Assembly: GCA_041615815.1 (NCBI GenBank)
Contig: JBFJCP010000022.1
Location: 17,444 to 81,443, forward strand
Reading direction: 5' to 3'
From: Gemmatimonadales bacterium
Lineage (GTDB): Bacteria > Gemmatimonadota > Gemmatimonadetes > Gemmatimonadales > GWC2-71-9
Length of the DNA: 64,000 bases
Below the pieces are notes generated by a model. The model saw only the letters and a program-made list of their open reading frames with translations. It ran no database searches and was not told the origin of the DNA. The position numbers and the translations under genes were made by a program. Each line of letters starts with the position of its first letter. Within the stretch, counting starts at the first letter, position 1. Shown here in pieces: positions 38,372-47,508 of the stretch.

Positions 38372-40573
38372 ATGACTGGCCAGACCGTTCGCTCCCTTCT
38401 CTTCATTTCGACGGTGCTTCTGCTCGTAGGGTGTGACCGCGCATCGGCGCCAAAGAGTCCCGCCTCGATGCCGGACGAGCCCTCACCCCCCTTCCGCAAT
38501 GTGGAGACGATGACGGCGTATGTGGGTGACGAGGCCTGCACGCCCTGTCACGAGGAAGTGGCATCCGCTTATCAGGAGCATGCGATGGCCCGGTCGTTTC
38601 ATCGCTGGACGCCCGAGGTGCGGATCGAGACCACTCCAGACGAGCCTCTGCTACACGCTCCCACTGGTTTCTACTACGCAATCGTTGAGGATGGGGACGC
38701 ATTGTATCAAGAGGAGTACCTCATCGGGCCGGAAGAAAGGCGTCTGCACGAGCTCCGTCGGCGGATAGACTACGTCATGGGTAGCGGCAGTGTGGCCAGA
38801 ACGTATTTCACCGAAGAAAACGGCCGGCTGTTTCAACTCCCGCTCACCTGGTATCGCGAGCAAGGCTGGGATTTCAGTCCCGGATACGAACTGAACAACG
38901 CTCGGTTCGATCGTCTCTTGCCCGACCGTTGTATCGCTTGTCATGGGAGCTATCCGCGGCCCATCGCCTTCGTGGAGGGGAAGTACGCGGAGCTTCTCCC
39001 CGGTATCGGCTGCGAGCGGTGCCACGGTCCCGGCGCCCTCCATGCCACGGAGCGCGAGCTAGGCTCGCCGGCGGACAGCACGTACGACGACACCATCGTC
39101 AACCCGAAACACCTGCCGTTCGAGCGACGGCTCGACGTGTGCGAGCAGTGCCACGTGCACACGCCGGTGACGGTGCTGCGAGAGAGCAGGGATGCGTTCA
39201 GCTACATACCGTCGCAGCCGCTGCGCGATCATGCAGCTTTCTTCAAAGCGACCGGGAGCATCGACATCGTGTCCCACGCAGACCGGTTACGGCAGAGCGT
39301 GTGCTTCATCGAGACGCGTCCTACCGAACGGCCTCTCGAGTGCGCTACGTGTCACAACCCGCACGCGCCGACGCCCGATCGTGGGACTCAAAACCAGCCG
39401 TGTCAGACCTGCCACCCTCCCGCCACGCTGGGTCGCCGTTTAGCGGCCTCGGCTGCGCTCCCGGATCATGCAGCAACGGCCAACTGCGTGAGTTGTCATA
39501 TGCCGACGGTGAAGGAACGCGCCGTTCCGCACGGCACGTTCACCGATCACTGGATCCGTGTGCTCACCGCCTCGTCCACCCCGGCCGGGGCACGCCGTGC
39601 CGGCGACCGACCCATTGAAGCTTACTTCGAACGTGACCGGACAGGGCAGGACGCCGAGATCTACCAGGGCATGGGGGAAATTCTCTATGCGACATTGGCT
39701 CCTGATGCAGAACTGCTGAGCGAGGCCGCAGAGAGGCTGGACCGGGCGTTAGAGCGGGACACGACGCGCGGCGACGCGCTGTTCATGCTCGGCTTGGCGT
39801 ATCGACAACTGGGAAACTTGGACGGTGCCATTCGGGCCCTCGAGCGGTCTATCCGCATGGATCCCGATCGTCCTCAGCGGCTCCACGCTCTCGCCCGGGC
39901 ATACGAAACTGCGGGACGCGATCCCGGCAACGTAGAGCGACTCTATGAACGTGCGCTGGAGTTGCAGCCAGCACTGGCTTGGATCCGCGCTGATTATGCC
40001 CGTTTCTTGCAGGAGCGAGGGCGGCGCGAGGAGGCTGAAGAGGCCTACCGCCTGTCGCTCGCCGAGCGCCCGAGTCTCGACGTGGCTGCATTCAACCTGG
40101 GTACGCTGTTGACCGGGCGGGGGCGCCTGGGTCAGGCCAGGGAGGCGTTCCAGCGAGCCGTGCGGTTCAATCCGTCGCTTGCCGAAGCGCTTGCACCGCT
40201 CCTTTACGTCCGCACCGCGGGAGGTGTGGTTACCGGAGTGCGGGTGTTGGGGTCACCGATAGCGTCGTTGCCAGTGCGCTACCGCGGGCCAGAGGCCGTT
40301 CAGGTGAGCGTCGATCCGATGGTTGCCCAGGCCGGGATCATGTTCGTCAACGTTCGGCCTGGTGCGTCCGTTCGCATCGTCGAACCTGATGGAACGCTCG
40401 TACGAGCTTTGACCGCTCCGGAGGGACAGCGCCTGCTTTGGGATCTGCTCTCCGCGGCCGGCCGTCCGATTACCGGTGGTCTACACTACGTCGAGGTGCG
40501 GGCGCAAGATGCGTCCGGCCGGTCCGTCCCACCTCAGCGCTTTGCCTTGGGGATCGTTCGTGTGGGCGATTGA
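38372..40573 (+). CDS. Multiheme cytochrome c (7 CxxCH) + TPR lipoprotein with C-terminal FlgD-Ig-like domain
   Basis: Lipobox LVGC; CTPCH, CIACH, CERCH, CEQCH, CATCH, CQTCH, CVSCH; TFTDHWIR; TPR-like helices; tail VRIVEPDGTLVRAL...WDLLSAAGRPITGGLHYV. Confidence 0.9.
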   Translation: MTGQTVRSLLFISTVLLLVGCDRASAPKSPASMPDEPSPPFRNVETMTAYVGDEACTPCHEEVASAYQEHAMARSFHRWTPEVRIETTPDEPLLHAPTGFYYAIVEDGDALYQEEYLIGPEERRLHELRRRIDYVMGSGSVARTYFTEENGRLFQLPLTWYREQGWDFSPGYELNNARFDRLLPDRCIACHGSYPRPIAFVEGKYAELLPGIGCERCHGPGALHATERELGSPADSTYDDTIVNPKHLPFERRLDVCEQCHVHTPVTVLRESRDAFSYIPSQPLRDHAAFFKATGSIDIVSHADRLRQSVCFIETRPTERPLECATCHNPHAPTPDRGTQNQPCQTCHPPATLGRRLAASAALPDHAATANCVSCHMPTVKERAVPHGTFTDHWIRVLTASSTPAGARRAGDRPIEAYFERDRTGQDAEIYQGMGEILYATLAPDAELLSEAAERLDRALERDTTRGDALFMLGLAYRQLGNLDGAIRALERSIRMDPDRPQRLHALARAYETAGRDPGNVERLYERALELQPALAWIRADYARFLQERGRREEAEEAYRLSLAERPSLDVAAFNLGTLLTGRGRLGQAREAFQRAVRFNPSLAEALAPLLYVRTAGGVVTGVRVLGSPIASLPVRYRGPEAVQVSVDPMVAQAGIMFVNVRPGASVRIVEPDGTLVRALTAPEGQRLLWDLLSAAGRPITGGLHYVEVRAQDASGRSVPPQRFALGIVRVGD

Positions 40574-40607
40574 CAGGGTCGAGTGGTTCCGAGGCTACCA
40601 GACCGCC

Positions 40608-42329
40608 TCATAACTCCCCACGCTTGGTTGCCTCCACCGCGTAGTCACATGCCCGGGCCGTGAGGGCCATGTACGTGAGCGACGGGTTCTGGCACGCCGC
40701 CGAGGTCATACACGCCCCATCCGTGACGAACACGTTGGGCACATCATGGAGTTGATTCCACGAGTTGAGTACGGACGTTCGTGGATCGCGTCCCATGCGG
40801 GCGGTTCCCATTTCGTGAATCCCTTCGCCCGGCCGGTAGATGTCCTCCCACGTTTCCACGTCCGTGCAGCCGGCCGCCTGTAACATTTCCGCCCCGGCCA
40901 CCTTCATGTCTCGCCGCATGGCCAACTCATTTTCGCCAATGGTGCAGTGGATCCGAAGCACCGGGAGCCCCCAGGCGTCCTTGACGTACGGATCCAGCAT
41001 GACGTAGTTGTCGTGGCGGGGAAGCATCTCGCCGAACCCCCAGAGGGCAATACGCCATCGTCCCGGAGTCCGGAGCCGGTTCTTCAGCTCTGCACCAAGA
41101 CCCGGTTCTCCGATTCCGCGGCCCCACCCTTCGCGGCTGGCGCCCCCCTGATAGCCGTACCCGCGCACGAAGTCCGGCCGGCGGGTCCGTGCGTCCACGT
41201 TGCGGTAGCGTATCACGTATATGCCGTTCGGGCGGCGGCCGTAATAGTAGCGGTCCTCGAGTCCGGGAATCGTCCCCACGGCGCCCAGCTTGAAGTGGTG
41301 ATCCATCACATAATGACCCAGCGTGCCACTCGAATTCCCCAATCCGTCCGGGAAGCGGGGCGAGGTACTCATCAACAGGATCTGGGTCGAGGCGAGCGAG
41401 GACGCGCACAGGAACACGATCCGTCCCTTGAACTCGAGGTCCTCATGGGTCTCGGCGTCGATCACGCGGACGCCGGTGACGACATCTCGGCTCTCGTCGT
41501 AGATGAGGCTGTGGACGATGCTGTGTGTGCGGATGGTGAGCTTGCCCGTCTGGAGCGCTGCGGGAAGCGTGCTACTCTGACTGGAGAAGTAGGCGCCCAC
41601 GGAGCAACCGCGAGCGCACGGGCCGCAGTAGTGGCAGGCGCCCCGCCCGTTGTGTGGCTGTGTCAGCACGGCGGAGCGGCCGATGGTCATGCGTCGATCA
41701 GGGAAGGCCCGCTCGATTCCCGCTTTCACTCGCAGCTCGCCCGCGTTGAACGGCATGGGGGGCAGGAACTGGCTGTCCGGGAGCTGGGGCATGCCCTCCG
41801 CCTGGCCGCTCAGACCGATGAACCGTTCCACGTAGTCGTACCACGACTCGATATCCGCGTACCGTATTGGCCAGTCGATCGCGATTCCCTCTCGGGCGTT
41901 CGCCTCGAAGTCCAGATCGCTCCAGCGATACGATTGCCGGCCCCACATGATCGAGCGGCCGCCGAGGTGGTGGCCACGGATCCACAGGAACGGCTTGTCT
42001 TCGTCGAACGTGTACGGGTTCTCCCGGTCGTTGACGAAGAAGTGGGCATTGTCCTCGCTCACGGGGCCGGCTTGCGACTGGAGGAATTGCTCCTCCTTGA
42101 ACCGATGGTTGTCACCTCGGCCGCGGTACTCCATCTCCCACGGGGCCTTGTGCTCGGTGATGTAGTCCAGGCCATGTCTCACCGGCCGTCCCCGCTCGAG
42201 GAGCAGAACCTCCATACCTTTTTCGGTCAGCTCCTTCGCGGCCCAGCCTCCCGTGATGCCGGATCCCACCACGATCGCATCGTAGGTTTTGCCGTTTCCG
42301 GCCTGCGCGGTTGGGAAGTTCATGCCCAT
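40608..42329 (-). CDS. GMC-family FAD oxidoreductase large subunit 2 (glucoside 3-dehydrogenase / LacA-like)
   Basis: YDAIVVGSGITGGWAAKEL, GGRSIMWGRQSYR, CHYCGPCARGC, IHEMGTARMG, CQNPSLTYMALTARA. Confidence 0.93.
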   Translation of the reverse strand: MGMNFPTAQAGNGKTYDAIVVGSGITGGWAAKELTEKGMEVLLLERGRPVRHGLDYITEHKAPWEMEYRGRGDNHRFKEEQFLQSQAGPVSEDNAHFFVNDRENPYTFDEDKPFLWIRGHHLGGRSIMWGRQSYRWSDLDFEANAREGIAIDWPIRYADIESWYDYVERFIGLSGQAEGMPQLPDSQFLPPMPFNAGELRVKAGIERAFPDRRMTIGRSAVLTQPHNGRGACHYCGPCARGCSVGAYFSSQSSTLPAALQTGKLTIRTHSIVHSLIYDESRDVVTGVRVIDAETHEDLEFKGRIVFLCASSLASTQILLMSTSPRFPDGLGNSSGTLGHYVMDHHFKLGAVGTIPGLEDRYYYGRRPNGIYVIRYRNVDARTRRPDFVRGYGYQGGASREGWGRGIGEPGLGAELKNRLRTPGRWRIALWGFGEMLPRHDNYVMLDPYVKDAWGLPVLRIHCTIGENELAMRRDMKVAGAEMLQAAGCTDVETWEDIYRPGEGIHEMGTARMGRDPRTSVLNSWNQLHDVPNVFVTDGACMTSAACQNPSLTYMALTARACDYAVEATKRGEL

Positions 42330-42898
42330 GTCCGCCCGACCTCCTTCAGAGGCAGGTCGCTGTCATAGCGACCGGGCGCCGCAAGCCATTGAAGCTCTTG
42401 GGTCGCCCCGATCTCGGACGTGTAGTACCCGACGAGCGTCCATTCCTTGAGGGTGGCGAAGAAGGGCAGCGGGTCGGCGTTGGTTTTCCGCGCGTGCACG
42501 GCCTCGTTGTCGAGGCGAGTGAGCAGCGCGCGCTGCTGCTCCGATGTGGCTTCCCCAAAGGTGGCACCATGGGCCTGTTGCATCTCTTCGTCGATCGTGC
42601 CTAGGCCACGCATGAACCGCTCGCGGCCCGCAGGCTCCGCCCATTTCCCCAGCAGCTTGTCGATGAAGGCTGTCACACCAACGTCCTTCGCCCCTGGGGT
42701 GTCGGTGGTGGGGATGATGTGATCGACCATGAGATCGAGAAGGTCGACCTGGTCGGCCGTCAGCGTCTGAGGAGTCCATGCTGGCGTGGGCGCCTCCGCC
42801 CGGCAGCCGGAGAGGACTGCGGCCACCACCGGCGCGGATATGGCCCCACCAATGAGGAGTGACAGTTGGTGAAGGGCTTCTCGACGGGAGAGGTTCAT
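42320..42898 (-). CDS. Gluconate 2-dehydrogenase subunit 3-family small subunit 2 (LacC-like) with Tat signal
   Basis: MNLSRREAL twin-Arg leader, IIPTTDTPGAKDVGV..FID, FFATLKEWTLVGYYTSEIGA; overlaps the GMC start. Confidence 0.9.
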   Translation of the reverse strand: MNLSRREALHQLSLLIGGAISAPVVAAVLSGCRAEAPTPAWTPQTLTADQVDLLDLMVDHIIPTTDTPGAKDVGVTAFIDKLLGKWAEPAGRERFMRGLGTIDEEMQQAHGATFGEATSEQQRALLTRLDNEAVHARKTNADPLPFFATLKEWTLVGYYTSEIGATQELQWLAAPGRYDSDLPLKEVGRTWA

Positions 42899-43093
42899 AG
42901 GCGCGCCTGAGTTCAGTTGAGTCACCGGCAACTTCGGGATCTGATAAGTTGCCGATCGATTGGCTCTACCGCAAATGCTTTGCGTCGTCGGGCCTGGAAG
43001 GGCCGCATCCCATGCCGTTTCTTGTCTTCTTGGCGTCGGGCTGGCACTTTCGCGGGCGCGATTCCTTCGTCCAATCGGTTCCCCGAGGTATGC

Positions 43094-44755
43094 ATGCCCC
43101 AATTCGAGCTTGCGGCCCCCGACCTGGTGATGGTGCTGCTCTACGTCGTTTTCATCGTGGCCCTCGGCCTCTACTTTGCGAAGCGAACCAAGACCACTGA
43201 CGACTACTTCCTGGCGGGCCGTTCGCTGACCTGGTGGCTGATCGGTTTCTCACTGTTCGCATCCAACGTCTCATCCAGCACCCTCATCGGATTGTCCTCG
43301 TCGGCCTTCGGCTCCGGCATTTCCGTCTACAACTACGAATGGATGGCAGCGCTGGTCCTGATCGTGTTTCTGGTCTTCTTCCTTCCGTTCTACCTGAAGA
43401 CGAGGGTGTACACGATGCCGGAGTTTCTCGAGAGGCGTTTCGACCAGCGATCCAGATACTACTTTTCGGCGCTGCTGGTCCTGATGAACATCACCATCGA
43501 TACGGCTGCCGCCCTGTATGCGGGAGCTCTGGTGGTCCAAATCATCTATCCGGAGATTCCCCTCTGGCAGTCCGTGCTTGTCCTCGGGATCGTGGCGGGT
43601 GCCTACACGATTGCAGGCGGACTGAAGGCGGTGGTGTACACGGACGCGGTGCAGGCTGTGCTACTACTGATCGGCGCTTGCCTCGTCGCCGTGTTGTCCT
43701 TTAACGCGATCGGCGGCTCCTGGTCCGCCGTCGTGGCAGCCGTTCCCGCCGATGACCTATCGATCGTTCGGCCTGCGTCGGACCCGGTCTTACCGTGGCC
43801 GGGGCTGATCACCGGTGTCTTCCTGTTGGGCTTCTATTTTTGGGCTACCAACCAGTTCATGGTGCAGCGCGCGTTAGGAGCGAAGAATCTCGACCACGGT
43901 CGGTGGGGCGCGCTCTTCGCCGGTCTGCTCAAGCTTCCCATCATCTTCATTATGGTGTTGCCCGGCATCTTCGGCCGGCTGTTGTATCCCGCAGCGGAGT
44001 ATCCGACCCTGGCAGAAAATTCGGATCTCATCTTCCCAACGCTCATGTTCGATCTCCTACCGGTTGGCATCCGCGGGCTCATCATCGCTGCCCTGGTGGC
44101 GGCGATCATGTCGAGCGTGGACTCCACACTGAACTCGGCGTCCACTTTGGTCACGATGGACTTCATCAAGAAGCTGAAGCCCAACGTGCCGAATCACAGT
44201 CTGGTCATCGCCGGTAGGATCGTCACGTTCGTGTTCATGTCGCTTGCGATCGTGTGGGCGCCTCAGATCATCAAGTTTCCGAACATCTGGACGTACCTGC
44301 AACAGATGCTGGCCTACCTGGCGCCGCCTATCGTGGCATGCTTCTTTGCCGGCGTGTTCTGGAAGCGGGCCAACGGACATGGGGCATTTGCCGCGCTCGT
44401 GGTTGGACACCTGGCCGCCGCCGTCATCTTCGGCCTCGCGCTCTCCGGGTCGGTCATCATCCAGACGCAAGCGTTGACGGCCGAGCAAATGCAGATGGCC
44501 GCGGCCGGCACGCCGGTGATTCACTTTCTCTACCTCGCGCCCATTCTTTTGGTCTTCTCCCTCGTCGCGCTGGTGGGTGTGAGCCTCGCTACCGCAAAGC
44601 CTGACGACGAGGTGGTGCGTACCTTGACGTGGTCTCCGGCCCTCTTGGCGGAAGAAGCACCGGCACTCCGAGGCATGCCATGGTACAAGAACTATCGCTA
44701 CCAGTCGGCCGGCATGCTGGTGTTGATAGCGATCTTCGTGATCGCGTGGTGGTAG
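43094..44755 (+). CDS. Sodium:solute symporter (SGLT-like sugar transporter) 2
   Basis: GAGGT RBS then ATG 43094; DYFLAGRSL, SLFASNVSS, TMPEFLERRFD, GGLKAVVYTD, FWATNQFMVQR. Confidence 0.93.
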   Translation: MPQFELAAPDLVMVLLYVVFIVALGLYFAKRTKTTDDYFLAGRSLTWWLIGFSLFASNVSSSTLIGLSSSAFGSGISVYNYEWMAALVLIVFLVFFLPFYLKTRVYTMPEFLERRFDQRSRYYFSALLVLMNITIDTAAALYAGALVVQIIYPEIPLWQSVLVLGIVAGAYTIAGGLKAVVYTDAVQAVLLLIGACLVAVLSFNAIGGSWSAVVAAVPADDLSIVRPASDPVLPWPGLITGVFLLGFYFWATNQFMVQRALGAKNLDHGRWGALFAGLLKLPIIFIMVLPGIFGRLLYPAAEYPTLAENSDLIFPTLMFDLLPVGIRGLIIAALVAAIMSSVDSTLNSASTLVTMDFIKKLKPNVPNHSLVIAGRIVTFVFMSLAIVWAPQIIKFPNIWTYLQQMLAYLAPPIVACFFAGVFWKRANGHGAFAALVVGHLAAAVIFGLALSGSVIIQTQALTAEQMQMAAAGTPVIHFLYLAPILLVFSLVALVGVSLATAKPDDEVVRTLTWSPALLAEEAPALRGMPWYKNYRYQSAGMLVLIAIFVIAWW

Positions 44756-44882
44756 ACGGGGAAGTCTGCTACGGAGTCACTGCGAGAACGCGGATCGGAC
44801 TTGCAGCGGACGAATCGCGAGGAACACGGATCGTTCGCGCAATCATTCGCGTGCTCGAGGAGCCATGCGCGGCCGTCGCGCC

Positions 44883-45761
44883 ATGTCGAAGACCATCGTA
44901 GCCATCGGCGAGGCGCTCTGGGACCTCTTCCCGGACGGGCGGCGCCCGGGTGGTGCACCGTGTAACGTCGCCTTCCATGCTGCGCGACTGGGAAACCGGG
45001 GTGTGATTGTCACGCGCGTGGGTGACGATCCCGACGGGGACGAACTGGTGGCATTCCTGCGCGAGCGGCGGGTCGATACCGACTACGTGCAGCGCGACGG
45101 CACCAGGCCCACGGGCACGGTGGTGGTGACCATCGAGCATGCCGAGCCACAGTTCGCGATCAGCGAACAGGTGGCGTGGGACAACATCTCGACGGACGAT
45201 CATGCCCGTACACTCGTTCGTACTGCCGATGCCATCTGCATCGGCTCGCTTGCCCAACGACATGAAGTGAGCCGCGCGGCCATTCGAGAGCTGCTAGCAG
45301 AGGGGCGCGGTCAGGCCCTCATCGTTTTCGATGTCAATCTTCGTTCCCCATTCATCGATGCGGCCGTCATCGAAGACACTCTTCTGGTCTCTGACGTGGT
45401 CAAGATGAGTGAAGCGGAGGTCGCAATGCTGTCCACCCTGCTCGATCGGCCGTCACTGATCGGGTGGCTAGTGGACAAGGTTGGAGTGCAAGCCGTATGC
45501 GTGACGCGGGGAAGGGACGGCGCCACGATCACCACTCCGGAGAGAACGGTCACGGCACCCGGGATAGAGAGCAATACGTCAGCTGGTGATGTGGTGGGCG
45601 CCGGCGATGCATTTACGGCTGCGATGGCCCATCAGCTCGTTCGTGATGCCGCACCGGAGGAGACCTTGCGTGCCGCGAATCTCTACGCGGCCCTCATTGC
45701 GACCAAGAAGGGCGCCATGCCGATGGTGTCGCAAGAAGAGCTCGCAGCAATTGGCATGTGA
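44883..45761 (+). CDS. PfkB-family carbohydrate kinase (fructokinase-like)
   Basis: AIGEALWD, GGAPCNVA, FDVNLR, VTRGRDGA, DVVGAGDAFTA. Confidence 0.92.
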   Translation: MSKTIVAIGEALWDLFPDGRRPGGAPCNVAFHAARLGNRGVIVTRVGDDPDGDELVAFLRERRVDTDYVQRDGTRPTGTVVVTIEHAEPQFAISEQVAWDNISTDDHARTLVRTADAICIGSLAQRHEVSRAAIRELLAEGRGQALIVFDVNLRSPFIDAAVIEDTLLVSDVVKMSEAEVAMLSTLLDRPSLIGWLVDKVGVQAVCVTRGRDGATITTPERTVTAPGIESNTSAGDVVGAGDAFTAAMAHQLVRDAAPEETLRAANLYAALIATKKGAMPMVSQEELAAIGM

Positions 45762-45797
45762 AACAGTGTTGACACCACAATCGGCTCCGGTCGTGCA

Positions 45798-47426
45798 TCA
45801 CACGACCACGACGGCCTCGTGTGGTAGCAGGTGGAGAGTGCCCCGCACTACGTTGCCCTCGCTGGCGCGCTGTGTGGATACCGCGATTTGGCCAGCCCAA
45901 TCCGCCACATCCATGGAGCGTAGTTCACGAGAGAAATTGACGGCAACGAGCACGCGCTCACTGGTTTCGGAGCGCTCAAAGACGAAGCAATCTGGCGGCG
46001 TGGGATCCACGGGCGTGTAGATCCCGGTTCTGAGAGGGGCGGAGCCTCGTCTGAGCTGGAGCAGCCGGCGATACAAATGGAGATGTGAGTCGGGATCCCG
46101 CAGCTGCGATTGCACGTTTCGTACGGCGTAGTCACTGCCAAGGGGCAGCCACGGATCGTCAGCGGACGTGAATCCGGCGCCTGGCTCCGGCGACCACGGC
46201 ATGGGTGTTCGGCAACCGTCTCGGCCCAGACTCGCTTCGGCGAGGCCCCAGGGATCCTGCTGTTGGTCCGGTGGGATCTTCGCCTCGCGCATGCCGAGCT
46301 CGTCACCGTAGTACAGCGTCGGCGATCCCCGTAGCGTAAGTAGCAGCACGGCTGCCTGGCGGCTTCCCTCGTCTCCCAGTCTGGTGGCGAGGCGTCGATC
46401 GTCGTGATTTCCCAATACGTAATTGGGCCACGCCCCAGCCGGAAATTCCGATTCCACGCCGTCCACGACCCGGCGAACGGCGTCCGCCGTCCAGGGCACC
46501 TTCAGGAGTCCGAAGTTTGCCGGCATGTTCAGCTCGTCGAGGTTATCGCCGTAGTACGCCCCGAGCTCCTTGGGATCGTAGATGTGCATCTCGCCCAACG
46601 CCATGCGAGGCGGCACATACGTTTGGAGGAGGGCCCGCAGGTCGCGAAACGCGCGATGCACGTCACCGTGCGCCTTGTCGTACGGGTGCAATTGAGAGTC
46701 GTAGGCACCCAAGGACTTGTGTGCTGAGGGGGCGCGATCGGGATTGACGGGATTATCCCGTTCCGCAGGGTCCTTCATGATGAAGAGCACGGCGTCGAGT
46801 CGAAAGCCATCCACCTTACGATCGAGCCAGAAGCGCATGACATCAAACATCGCGGCTTGCACCGCGGGATTGCGCCAGTTGAGATCGGGCTGCTCTCTCA
46901 GGAACGAATGCAGATAGTACTGACCCGTTCGTTCGTCCAGCTCCCACGCCGAGCCGCCGAACACGCTGAGCCAGTTGTTGGGTGGTGCGCCATCCGGTTT
47001 CGGATCCCGCCACACATACCAGTCACGACGCGGGCTCTCCCGCGAGCGCCGGGACTCGACGAACCACGGGTGCTGATCCGACGTGTGGTTGATCACGAAG
47101 TCGATGATCACTCTGATGCCGGCCTCGTGGGCGCGGGCGACGAGGCGATCGAACGTCGCGAGATCGCCGAACAGCGGATCCACATTGCAGTGGTCTGCCA
47201 CATCGTAGCCGAAGTCCGCCATCGGCGAAGGGTAGAACGGGCTGATCCAAATGGCATCGACCCCGAGGGTGTCACCGAGATAGTCCATTTGGTCGATGAT
47301 ACCCTGGAGATCCCCAATGCCACTTCCGGTGGTATCCTTGAAGCTCCTGGGATAGATCTGATACACGACGGCATGCTGCCACCATTCATGTTGCTGCCGA
47401 TGCGACAACGATGAGTCTCCGTTCAC
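45798..47426 (-). CDS. Cytoplasmic GH13 alpha-glucosidase / oligo-1,6-glucosidase-like
   Basis: WWQHAVVYQIYPRSF, DFGYDV, NHTSDQHPWF, QPDLNWRNP, DGFRLDAV, VLGNHD, RDGCRTPMPW. Confidence 0.94.
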   Translation of the reverse strand: MNGDSSLSHRQQHEWWQHAVVYQIYPRSFKDTTGSGIGDLQGIIDQMDYLGDTLGVDAIWISPFYPSPMADFGYDVADHCNVDPLFGDLATFDRLVARAHEAGIRVIIDFVINHTSDQHPWFVESRRSRESPRRDWYVWRDPKPDGAPPNNWLSVFGGSAWELDERTGQYYLHSFLREQPDLNWRNPAVQAAMFDVMRFWLDRKVDGFRLDAVLFIMKDPAERDNPVNPDRAPSAHKSLGAYDSQLHPYDKAHGDVHRAFRDLRALLQTYVPPRMALGEMHIYDPKELGAYYGDNLDELNMPANFGLLKVPWTADAVRRVVDGVESEFPAGAWPNYVLGNHDDRRLATRLGDEGSRQAAVLLLTLRGSPTLYYGDELGMREAKIPPDQQQDPWGLAEASLGRDGCRTPMPWSPEPGAGFTSADDPWLPLGSDYAVRNVQSQLRDPDSHLHLYRRLLQLRRGSAPLRTGIYTPVDPTPPDCFVFERSETSERVLVAVNFSRELRSMDVADWAGQIAVSTQRASEGNVVRGTLHLLPHEAVVVV

Positions 47427-47508
47427 GAAGGGTCCGATGACGGAGGTCGGGAGGGTGAGCGCAGCTTCGCGGTCATCCAGGGTGCAATCCGCTCTCGCGA
47501 TGGAGGCG

